Positions 29,342-37,573 of a stretch of DNA of 64,000 bases are shown here, piece by piece (positions within the stretch are counted from its first letter, which is position 1; each line of letters starts with the position of its first letter). The stretch comes from Alphaproteobacteria bacterium (GTDB lineage Bacteria > Pseudomonadota > Alphaproteobacteria > UBA2966). A model generated the notes under the pieces. It was not told where the DNA came from. It ran no database searches and saw only the letters and a list, made by a program, of their open reading frames with translations. The stretch lies in assembly GCA_965200265.1 (NCBI GenBank), contig OZ241357.1:8179-72178 (forward strand). The letters are read 5' to 3'. The translations under genes were made by a program, and so were the position numbers.

Positions 29342-30394
29342 ATGAGCAACTGGACCAGGAAGGGCGTGTCCCGCCGGGACGCCCTGAAGACCACCGGGGC
29401 CGCGGCGGCGGCCGGCGCGGTCGTCACCGGCTTTCCGGCGCTCGTGCGCTCGGCGCAGCAGAAGAAGTTCCTGAAGCCGATCGTCGCCGGCCTCAACGGC
29501 CGGCCCGGGGACCCGTCCTACGTATCGGTCTCCGAGGTGCCGCGGATACTGGCCGAGAAATACGACATCGAGGTCAAGTTCGAGGTCCATCACTCCTCGA
29601 CCCTGGGCACCGACCTGTCCCAGCTCGAGGCGGTGCAGACCGGCTTCATCGACGTCACCAGCAACGTGACGGCGCAGTTCTCGAAGTTCGACGATTCGTT
29701 CGCGTTCGTCGACCTGCCGTACATCGTCACCAGCTGGGACCAGTATCTCCGGGTCGCCAGGAGCGACGCCTGGAAGCGGCAGGCGGCGAAGTTCGAGAAG
29801 AAGGTGCCGGTGAAGGTGCTGCCGCCGGTCGGTGCCGGGGGCTACCGGCTGCTGTGGAACAACGTGCGTCCGCTGCCGGACCCGGGCGCCGTGCAGGGCC
29901 TCAAGTTCCGCACCGTCACGTCGCCGATCGCGATCGAGCTGATGAAGGCGTGGGGCGGCAATCCGACGTCGATGCCGTGGACGGAGACGTACACGGCCCT
30001 TCAGCAGAAGGTCGTGCAGGGCTTCCACGTGCAGCCGATCTGGACCTACAAGTTCAACATGTACGAAGTGCTCAAGTACGCGACGGAGGTGAAGGCCATC
30101 TTCGGAATCCAGTTCCAGGTCATGAACGTCAACACCTGGAACGCGATCCCCGAGGACATCCAGGGACCCATGATGATGGCGTTTCAGGAGGCCGCCGATC
30201 TCGGCAACGCCGCCGACCGCGATTCCGAGGACGGCTTCAAGGACAGGCTCCGCGAGAAGGGGATGGAGATCTACACGCCCTCGGCCAGGGAATACGCGGA
30301 ATGGCGTTCGCGGGGCGAAGGCATATGGGAGAAGGTCGGCGTCGGTTCGAGCATCGACAAGGGCCTGGTCGACGCCGTCGTCGAGATGGGCTGA
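29342..30394 (+). CDS. TRAP-type substrate-binding protein (DctP family) with Tat signal; no adjacent DctQM
   Basis: Inner start MSNWTRKGVSRRDALKTTGAAAAAGA (twin-arginine motif) after GGGAGGGAGGA in ORF 29252..30394. Confidence 0.8.
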   Translation: MSNWTRKGVSRRDALKTTGAAAAAGAVVTGFPALVRSAQQKKFLKPIVAGLNGRPGDPSYVSVSEVPRILAEKYDIEVKFEVHHSSTLGTDLSQLEAVQTGFIDVTSNVTAQFSKFDDSFAFVDLPYIVTSWDQYLRVARSDAWKRQAAKFEKKVPVKVLPPVGAGGYRLLWNNVRPLPDPGAVQGLKFRTVTSPIAIELMKAWGGNPTSMPWTETYTALQQKVVQGFHVQPIWTYKFNMYEVLKYATEVKAIFGIQFQVMNVNTWNAIPEDIQGPMMMAFQEAADLGNAADRDSEDGFKDRLREKGMEIYTPSAREYAEWRSRGEGIWEKVGVGSSIDKGLVDAVVEMG

Positions 30395-30399
30395 TCCGC

Positions 30400-33300
30400 A
30401 TGGCCGTGTCGGAGCGCGCGCGGGTCCTGGCCGGCGGGCTGGCCCTCGCGTTCTTCCTCGCGGGCGGCGGCGGCGAGGCTGCCGCACAGAGCGCCGTGTG
30501 CAGCAGCACGCCCGCAACGGGCCAGAGAATCGACTGCCGCGAGGGCTCCGGCAGCGCCGCCGACATCCGCATCGACACGACCAACGTCGTCATCCCGGCG
30601 ACCGCCACGCACGCGATCTATGCGCGCCATTCGGGCTCGGGCGGCATCGACGTCGACGTGTCGGGCGGCTCCCTCACGACCACGGGCGAGCGGGACTACG
30701 CCGTCATCGGCTGGCACTCGGGCCCGAGCGGCGACGTCGACATCGGCCTGAAGGACGTCGTCGCGAGGACGAGCAACGCCGACTCCCACGCCGTGGTCGG
30801 CTACGGCCAGGGCGGGATGCGCGCCGTCCGGATCGACGTTCGGGGCGGCTCCTTCACCACGGAGGGCAGCGGCGCCGGCTCCCATGCCGTCGTCGCCTGG
30901 CAGACGGGCTCCGGCGACATCGACATCGACGTGCGGGACGCCGCCATCGAGACGCAAGGCCGCAACTCGATCGGCGTCTTCGGCTATCGCACGGGCACGG
31001 GTGCTTCGGGGAACGTCGACGTCGACGTCCGGGGCGGCTCCGTCGCCTCGAAAGGCCTCGGCCTCTACGGCATCCACGCCTGGGCCCGCAACTCCGACGG
31101 CGCCGGGGACGTCGGGATGAACGTGGCGGGCGCCGTCGTGACGATGGAGCGGCGGCTCGCCAGCGCCGTCTTCGCGGAGAACGCGGGGACGGGCGACCTC
31201 GCCGTCACGGTGTCGAACGGCGCGATTCTCAGGGCGGACGGCGAGAGGAGCATCGGCGTCCGTGCCGTTCACGGCGGGAACGGCGGCATCGCCGTCGACG
31301 TATCGGGCAAGACCGTCGTTGCGGTGGAAGGCGGGGACAGCGCCGGCGTCCACGCCTATCACTCGGCGTCCAGGGCCGTCGCCAACGAGGACACCACCGT
31401 CGACATGACGATCGGCGCCGGCGTGCGGATCGACGCGCCGTTCGCCTCCGGCGTCCAGGGGCGGCTGGGCGGCTCGAACACGGCGGGCGTCGCCATCTCG
31501 CACCAGGGCGCCATCCGGGCGCGGGATACGGGCATTCTCGCCTGGGCCTCGCTCTCCAGCGGCATCGAAATCCTGCGGCTGGCCGACCACGAGGGCAGGA
31601 GGGAACCGATGGTCCACGTCACGTCGAGCGGAGACGTGACGGTGGGCGCGGGCGTGATGGACGCCTGGGTCCGCGAGGTCGTGACGGGCGACGACGGGAC
31701 GCTCTCGGCAGGCGAGCAGGCGGTCCTCGGCGCCGTCGAGGCGGAGGATTCGGAGGCGCTGGATACGGCGCTCGCGGCGCTTCCCGCCGCCTATACGGAC
31801 CGCTGGAAGGCGCGCGTGCGAGGCTTTCTGAGCGCGCGCGGCCTGAGCATGACGGACAAGTCGCAGGCGGTGACGATGACGGCCGAGGAAAGGGCGGCGG
31901 ATCGGGCGACGTTCGAGATTCTGGGGATTCCCCGGGCGGGCATCCGCGCCATGGTGATGGACCACGAGAGGATCTCCGGCTACATCCGGGTGTCCGACCA
32001 GGACCCGGCGATCCTGGCCATCGACGCGGCGTCCCGCACGCCGGAGCAGCAGGCGGCGTTGCAGGCGCAGAGGGCGCTCTCGGCCGCCGAGCGGCGGGTG
32101 CTGGAGGCCTCCCTGCTGGGCGGCGACCTGGAAGCGGCGCTGGCGGCGCTTCCCGCGGATTATACGGAGGACGAGAAGACCGGGATCCGGCTGCGCGCGA
32201 CGTACTACAACGAGGGCGACGTCCGCGTGGACGTGACCGGCGGCATGATCGTCTCCGAGGGCGACGGCGTTCATGCGCGCTACATCCTGACGAATGACAG
32301 GAACGGCGCCATTGCCGTGACCGTCGCCGATGGGGCGACCGTCACGGGCGGGCGCAACGGCATCTACGTCGGCAGCGCCGGCGCCGCGGAGGAGGGGAAC
32401 TTCCGCGCCCAGAGCGTGACCGTGAACGGCGCGGTGACGGGCGGGACCGGCGCCGGCGTGCACATGGCCGGCGGCGGCAGGCTCACCGTCGGCAGGACCG
32501 GGCGCATCGGCGCGACGTCGGGCGTCGGCGTGCTCTCCGACGGTGCGGGCGACCTCCATGCGACGGTGGCCGGGCGGGTCGAGGGCGACGTCCGCATGGC
32601 GGGCACGGGCGCGCTGACGCTGGCGGTGCCGGAAGGCGGCGTCGTCACCGGCACGGTGCGCGACCCTGTCGGCCCACTGACGGTGGCGGGCAGCATCGGG
32701 CGGCTGCTCTACACCGACGGCGCCACGGTGACGGTGGCCGCGACGGGCGCGCTCACCGGCGTCAAGGTCGACGGCAGGACCGAGGCGCTGCGCGCCGAGG
32801 CCGGCGACCTGGACGTGACCGTGGCCGGACGGGTGGCGGGCGACCTGCGCGCACCGCGCGGCGGCACGCTGAAACTTTCGGTGCCGGCAGGCGGCGCCGT
32901 CACCGGGACGGTCCGCGACCCGGTCGGCCTGCCGACGGTGACGGGCAGTATCGGGCGGCTGCTCTACAGCGGCGGGGCCACGGTGACGGTGGCCGCGACG
33001 GGTGCGCTCACCGGCGTCGAGGCCGGCGGCAGGATCGAGGCGCTGCGCAGCGAAGCCGGCAACCTGGACGTGACCGTGGCCGGCATGGTGACGGGCGACG
33101 TCCTGGGCCGTGGCGACGGCGATCACACGGTGACGGTGGCGCGCGGCGGGACGGTGACGGGCGACATCCACCTTGCGGCGAGCACGGTGCGGGTGGCGGG
33201 CACCGTCGGCCGGGTGCGCTTCGACAACGGCGGCACGGTGACGGTCGGCAGGACCGGCCGGCTCACCGGGATCGAAGGGGTTGCCATCCGCAACGCGGGC

Positions 33301-34680
33301 GGCGTTCTGCGCGTGACGTCGGCCGGCAGGATCGAGGGGAATGTCGTCGATGTCGGCGAACGCCCCGCGGCCGTCACGGTGGAAGCCGGCGGCACGGTGA
33401 CGGGAAGCATCGACTTGTCCGCCGAGGGCAGCGCGGTGACGGTGGACGGAACGGCCGGTCGCGTGCTGCTGGATCGCGGCGGCACGGTGGCGATCGGCGA
33501 GGCCGGCCGCGTGACGGGCGTCGATGGCGAGACCATCCGCAGCGCCAGCGGCGAACTGGTGGTGTCGTTCCGGCAGGCTGCCGGCGAGACGGTCTCCCGG
33601 GCTGTCGGGCGGGTGCAAGGCCGCATCGAGGAGGTCGGCGGGACGCCGCAGGTGCTGTTCCAGCGGGCCGGCGAGCAGGAGGCCATGCCGTTGGGCGGCG
33701 CGCCCGGCAGCGCGGCGTCGGCGCCTGTGGGTGCCTATGACGTGGGCGTGGTGGCCGATGGCGACGGCGTGCGGGTGGAGCGCGCCTTTGCGCCGCGGGC
33801 GCGGGTGTACGAGGCGCTGCCGTCGGTGCTGCTGGGCCTGAACGGGACGCTGGGGTTCCATGACCGGATGGCGGCGCCGCGCTCGCCGAACGGGGTGTGG
33901 GCGCGTATCGAGGCGGCGGGCGGTTCGCGCGAGACGGAGCGGTCGACGTCGACATCGGGGGCCGGGCTGTCGTGGGCCGAGCGCCGCTACGGGGCGGAGA
34001 CGGGCGTCGACTTTCCGCTGGAGGCGGGCGTGGTCGGCCTGTCGGCGCACCACCGCCGCGCCTCGGCGGAGGTGTCGGGGAACGACGGCGGGATCGACGT
34101 TGCGGGGAACGGCCTGGGGGCGTCGATGGCGTGGCGGTTGTCCGACGGCGCGTACATGGCCGGCGAGGTATCGGCGACGTGGTACGACGTGGCCTTGGAG
34201 TCCGGGCGTCGCGGGTCGCTGAAGTCGGGCGTCGGCGCTTTCAGCCATGCGGTTGGCGTGGAGGTGGGCCGCCGGGTCGATCTGGGTTCGGGTCCGCTGG
34301 GGGCGTTGACGGCGACGCCGCGTGCGCGGCTGTCGTATTCGCGTGTGGGCATGGACGCCTTCACGGACGCGGTGGACGCGCGCGTGTCGCTGGACAAGGG
34401 CCGGGCCGCAACGGGGGTTGCGGGTGTCGCGCTGGAGGCGTCGGAGGGGAGGAGCCGCATGTTCGGTTCGGTGGACGTGGAGCACGGGTTCTCTCGGGAG
34501 ACGGTGGTGGAGGTGTCGAAGGTGGCGCTGTCGTCGCAGTCGGAGGCGACGCGTGCGCGGTTCGAGGTCGGCGGTTCGGTCGAATGGGGCGGCGGCCGGT
34601 ACGCGCTGCAAGGGGCGGCGCGCTGGGCGACGGGCGCGCGCGACTACGGCGGCGGGCTGACCCTGAACGCGCGCTTCTGA
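30400..34680 (+). CDS. autotransporter outer-membrane protein (1,426 aa)
   Basis: Inner start MAVSERARVLAGGLALAFFLAGGGGEAAA (signal peptide) in ORF 29269..34680. Gly/Val/Thr-rich beta-helical passenger with repeats. C-terminal beta-barrel with alternating hydrophobic strands ending ...GGGLTLNARF. Confidence 0.87.
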   Translation: MAVSERARVLAGGLALAFFLAGGGGEAAAQSAVCSSTPATGQRIDCREGSGSAADIRIDTTNVVIPATATHAIYARHSGSGGIDVDVSGGSLTTTGERDYAVIGWHSGPSGDVDIGLKDVVARTSNADSHAVVGYGQGGMRAVRIDVRGGSFTTEGSGAGSHAVVAWQTGSGDIDIDVRDAAIETQGRNSIGVFGYRTGTGASGNVDVDVRGGSVASKGLGLYGIHAWARNSDGAGDVGMNVAGAVVTMERRLASAVFAENAGTGDLAVTVSNGAILRADGERSIGVRAVHGGNGGIAVDVSGKTVVAVEGGDSAGVHAYHSASRAVANEDTTVDMTIGAGVRIDAPFASGVQGRLGGSNTAGVAISHQGAIRARDTGILAWASLSSGIEILRLADHEGRREPMVHVTSSGDVTVGAGVMDAWVREVVTGDDGTLSAGEQAVLGAVEAEDSEALDTALAALPAAYTDRWKARVRGFLSARGLSMTDKSQAVTMTAEERAADRATFEILGIPRAGIRAMVMDHERISGYIRVSDQDPAILAIDAASRTPEQQAALQAQRALSAAERRVLEASLLGGDLEAALAALPADYTEDEKTGIRLRATYYNEGDVRVDVTGGMIVSEGDGVHARYILTNDRNGAIAVTVADGATVTGGRNGIYVGSAGAAEEGNFRAQSVTVNGAVTGGTGAGVHMAGGGRLTVGRTGRIGATSGVGVLSDGAGDLHATVAGRVEGDVRMAGTGALTLAVPEGGVVTGTVRDPVGPLTVAGSIGRLLYTDGATVTVAATGALTGVKVDGRTEALRAEAGDLDVTVAGRVAGDLRAPRGGTLKLSVPAGGAVTGTVRDPVGLPTVTGSIGRLLYSGGATVTVAATGALTGVEAGGRIEALRSEAGNLDVTVAGMVTGDVLGRGDGDHTVTVARGGTVTGDIHLAASTVRVAGTVGRVRFDNGGTVTVGRTGRLTGIEGVAIRNAGGVLRVTSAGRIEGNVVDVGERPAAVTVEAGGTVTGSIDLSAEGSAVTVDGTAGRVLLDRGGTVAIGEAGRVTGVDGETIRSASGELVVSFRQAAGETVSRAVGRVQGRIEEVGGTPQVLFQRAGEQEAMPLGGAPGSAASAPVGAYDVGVVADGDGVRVERAFAPRARVYEALPSVLLGLNGTLGFHDRMAAPRSPNGVWARIEAAGGSRETERSTSTSGAGLSWAERRYGAETGVDFPLEAGVVGLSAHHRRASAEVSGNDGGIDVAGNGLGASMAWRLSDGAYMAGEVSATWYDVALESGRRGSLKSGVGAFSHAVGVEVGRRVDLGSGPLGALTATPRARLSYSRVGMDAFTDAVDARVSLDKGRAATGVAGVALEASEGRSRMFGSVDVEHGFSRETVVEVSKVALSSQSEATRARFEVGGSVEWGGGRYALQGAARWATGARDYGGGLTLNARF
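32566..33075 (+). repeat. 2 x 255-bp in-frame tandem duplication inside the autotransporter passenger
   Basis: Units begin GTGGCCGG at 32566 and 32821; the next GTGGCCGG is at 33076. The encoded 85-aa units (VAGRV.GD...TGTVRDPVG...GSIGRLLY..GATVTVAATGALTGV...LDVT) are highly similar. Confidence 0.8.
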
Positions 34681-34822
34681 ACCGGCGGCAGGCGGCGGCA
34701 ACCGCTGCCCGGAAACCCGCCGGGACACGGACCGGACGGGTCCGTCCCGGTTCATATACGTGCGAGACGTGGCCGGGTCGGATTTTGACCTTGCGGCGTC
34801 GTTTGCGGCGTGTTACAGAATA

Positions 34823-34873
34823 ACGAACATACCCCCCCCCCCCCCGTAGCGGGGGGGGGGGGGGTATGTTCGT
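34823..34873. repeat. perfect hairpin ACGAACATA-C14-GTAGC-G14-TATGTTCGT (23-bp stem)
   Basis: Read directly: C14 at 34832-34845 and G14 at 34851-34864, flanked by 9-bp complementary arms. Lies between the autotransporter stop and the lipoprotein start. Confidence 0.95.
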
Positions 34874-34898
34874 ATCTGGCGGAAGTCTGGAGGTTCTC

Positions 34899-37136
34899 AT
34901 GGCCGCATCGAAGCATTTCCCCGTCCTTGTCTGCGCCGCGCTGCTGGCGCTCGGCGCCTGCACCAACACCAAGCACGTGCGCACCGGCGACGAGGAGGCG
35001 CTCAAGACCGAGAGGGGTAAGACAGCGGCCGCGACGCAGAGGGCCGAGGCGGCCGAGAAGGCGCTGACCGATCTCCACGCTTCGCTGGCGGCGGCCAATA
35101 CGGCGCTCGGTGCGCTACAGAGGGACAACACCAGCCAGCAGCGCGATGCGGCCCGCACGGCGGTGGGCACTGCCCAAAGGACTCTGCGGCAGGTCCAGGA
35201 GGATCTGGCGGATCAGCCCGCGAGCGACGCCAGGACGGCGGCCGAGGCGGCGCTGACGGCGGTCGATACGGCGCTGGCGCGGACCGCCGAGGCGCTGGCG
35301 GCGGCCAACGGGTCGCTGGCGTCCGGGGGGGGGCCGGTGGCGCTGGCGAACATGCACACGACGCTGGACCGGGCGCAGACGGCCGTGGACGACGCGCAGG
35401 TCGAACTGAAGACGGCGCTGGCGGCGGAGGGCCTCACCACGGAGCTCCGCACCGTGCTGTCGCAGGCCCAGGGCACGCTGACCACGGCCCAGGTCTCGCT
35501 GATCCCCCTGCTGCGCCAAGAGCTGGCTAAGTTGAGGGACGAGCACGTCTCTCCGCCGCTCTTCCGGAGCACCGCCGGCCCGAAGGACCTCGGGGCGACG
35601 ATCACGATCACCCGGACGGCCCGGACCGTCCCGAACACCGCGACCGACCCCGATACGTGGATCAGGAATACGGACGCGCTCGCCATCGCGACGGACGCCG
35701 TCCCCTACGCCGCCGGCAGGACGCTGACCTCCCGCGCCGGCAACGAGGAGTTCCCCATGCGGGCGATCACCTTCCGGGGCGACATACGCCAGGGAAGCCA
35801 GCGGGGGAAAACCGGCGCCGACGCCAACAACGACGGGCGCTATCCGATCATCCAGGGACCCGGCAACACGCTGGGCAACGCCAACGACCACACCAAGAAC
35901 GCGGTGATCAGCTCGATCCAGTTCTCGGAAGCCGGGGGGCTGATCCTCAAGGCCGGGGGATCGGGCGTCGTCTTCAACGAGTTTCAGTGGGACATCCGCG
36001 GGACCGAAGGCGACGGCCCGGACGGCATCCCGGGCGATAGCGGCGCGACGACGAGCACCGCGGCGACGGCCTACCACGCCGCCATGTTCCGCCGGGCCGG
36101 GGAGACGGCGCCCACGGTCGGCGCCACGTTGACGCAGGCCCAGGCCGACAAGCTGACCGGGTGGGCGGCCGACAACTGCTCCGGCGTGACCTTCCCCTGC
36201 TGGGACGGCAACATGCGCGACCTGACGATCGACTTCGGGACGCCTTCCCCGGATCCGGACGGCGAATCCGGCTATCACTGGGCGTCGAAGATTCCGTCGT
36301 CCACGGACCAGCCCAAACCCGCCGACGGCGACGCCATGCACCGCTGGGCCAAGTCCAAGGTCGACAACTTCGTCGACCCCGAGCGCGGGAACGGCGAACA
36401 CCGGGGCGAATACCGGGTGTGGCTCTCGAACTATGCCGGCCTGGACACCGGCGCGACGGATGCGGCAACCGACGATTCCCACCGCTATCTGCAATACGCC
36501 GCCTACGGCCTGTTCACGTTCACCGACTACCTCACCTCGAACGTCAGGCCGGGCCGTATGCAGGGGTTCCATTTCGGCTACGACGCCTTCGCCGGCGCCG
36601 CCGGGATGAGGACGACCGATCTCGACAACCCGATCGAGGCCACGTTCACGGGCAGGGCCTCCGGGATGGTCATGGAGCCCCACAGCGACAGGTCCCAGGT
36701 CGAACGCCTGATCCGGGTGCGGGGGGACGTCACGCTCAACGCGACGATCGGCGGCGCCAACACCATCACCGGCGCGATCTCCAACTTCGAGACGCCGGCC
36801 GGCGGCGGGTGGGGACCCTACGTGCCGCTGAGAGACGAAGTCCGGTTGACGGGCGGAACGATCGCGGCCGACGGCAGCTACGAGGGCGATGCCGACGTGG
36901 AAGGCGACTCGGGCCATCTCTGGGACCCCGGCAGCTTCGGCGGAAACCTCTACGGCGACAGGGGCGGCCCCGGCCTCGAAACCGCGGGCTGGTGGTATCT
37001 GACGGCGCGGGGATACACCCCCGACGCCCGCAACCTGACCGGGAGTGCTGCCCAGAACGATCCCCGCCGGCCGGACTTCAGGTACTCGGGCGCTTTCGGC
37101 AGCTTCGGCGCCCAGTGCACCGAAGGCTGCGAGTGA
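34899..37136 (+). CDS. surface lipoprotein with long helical N-terminal region and TbpB/fHbp-like C-terminal beta-barrel domain
   Basis: Inner start MAASKHFPVLVCAALLALGAC (lipobox LGAC) 5 nt after GGAGG in ORF 34866..37136. Ala/Gln/Thr-rich helical segment. C-terminal pattern YLQYAAYGLFTF...FHFGYDAF...ATFTGRASGMV...GDVTLNATIGG.NTITGAISNF...FGGNLYG...ETAGWW...GAFGSFGAQ resembles transferrin-binding-protein-B-type barrels. Confidence 0.7.
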   Translation: MAASKHFPVLVCAALLALGACTNTKHVRTGDEEALKTERGKTAAATQRAEAAEKALTDLHASLAAANTALGALQRDNTSQQRDAARTAVGTAQRTLRQVQEDLADQPASDARTAAEAALTAVDTALARTAEALAAANGSLASGGGPVALANMHTTLDRAQTAVDDAQVELKTALAAEGLTTELRTVLSQAQGTLTTAQVSLIPLLRQELAKLRDEHVSPPLFRSTAGPKDLGATITITRTARTVPNTATDPDTWIRNTDALAIATDAVPYAAGRTLTSRAGNEEFPMRAITFRGDIRQGSQRGKTGADANNDGRYPIIQGPGNTLGNANDHTKNAVISSIQFSEAGGLILKAGGSGVVFNEFQWDIRGTEGDGPDGIPGDSGATTSTAATAYHAAMFRRAGETAPTVGATLTQAQADKLTGWAADNCSGVTFPCWDGNMRDLTIDFGTPSPDPDGESGYHWASKIPSSTDQPKPADGDAMHRWAKSKVDNFVDPERGNGEHRGEYRVWLSNYAGLDTGATDAATDDSHRYLQYAAYGLFTFTDYLTSNVRPGRMQGFHFGYDAFAGAAGMRTTDLDNPIEATFTGRASGMVMEPHSDRSQVERLIRVRGDVTLNATIGGANTITGAISNFETPAGGGWGPYVPLRDEVRLTGGTIAADGSYEGDADVEGDSGHLWDPGSFGGNLYGDRGGPGLETAGWWYLTARGYTPDARNLTGSAAQNDPRRPDFRYSGAFGSFGAQCTEGCE

Positions 37137-37311
37137 GGCCGCAGGCGGGACCCGGCGAACCCCGGCGCGGCGGGGCGGACGGGAAGCGCCGGCGAGGGCG
37201 CCGCAACCGCCCCACGCCGGGCGCCCGCCCGAGGGCCGCGCCCCCGCGCACCCCGGCAGGATCGCGCGGGTGCGACGCCTTTCCCCCCGGCTCGTATGTA
37301 CCGAATGGGGA

Positions 37312-37493
37312 GGTGGTGTCTCAGTTTGAAATTCCTGCTTGTTCGTGGTTTTCAGTGGCCGGTGGCCGGTGATCGGTACTGGCAACTGGCCACTGGCCAC
37401 TGGCCACTGGTCACTGGTCACTGGCCGATGGTGCTCCCAAGGATATGCCGGATAGCTCACCCAGCGGGCCATATTTCAAACTGAGACACTACC
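37312..37493 (+). mobile_element. MITE-like element copy A (182 bp)
   Basis: TIRs GGTGGTGTCTCAGTTTGAAAT (37312-37332) and its complement at 37473-37493 (20/21 match). Flanked by direct AATGGGGA at 37304-37311 and 37494-37501. Internal run of about 8 CACTGG(C/T) heptamers. Confidence 0.65.
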
Positions 37494-37573
37494 AATGGGG
37501 ACGGCAGGTAGACGCGGGCGGGAATAAGAGGGAGGATGCCGGTCCGCCATACCGGCGGAGACAGGATCGCGCG

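Noticed and set aside
34823-34873. Calling the C14/G14 hairpin a rho-independent terminator
   Set aside because: No U-rich tail follows it (the next sequence is ATCTGGCGGAAG). It is kept as an unusual structure only.
37445-37573. ORF-track start of the 591-aa ORF
   Set aside because: The first 43 codons are read from the right arm of the MITE-like element and its flank. ATG 37574 is the first start outside the repeat.
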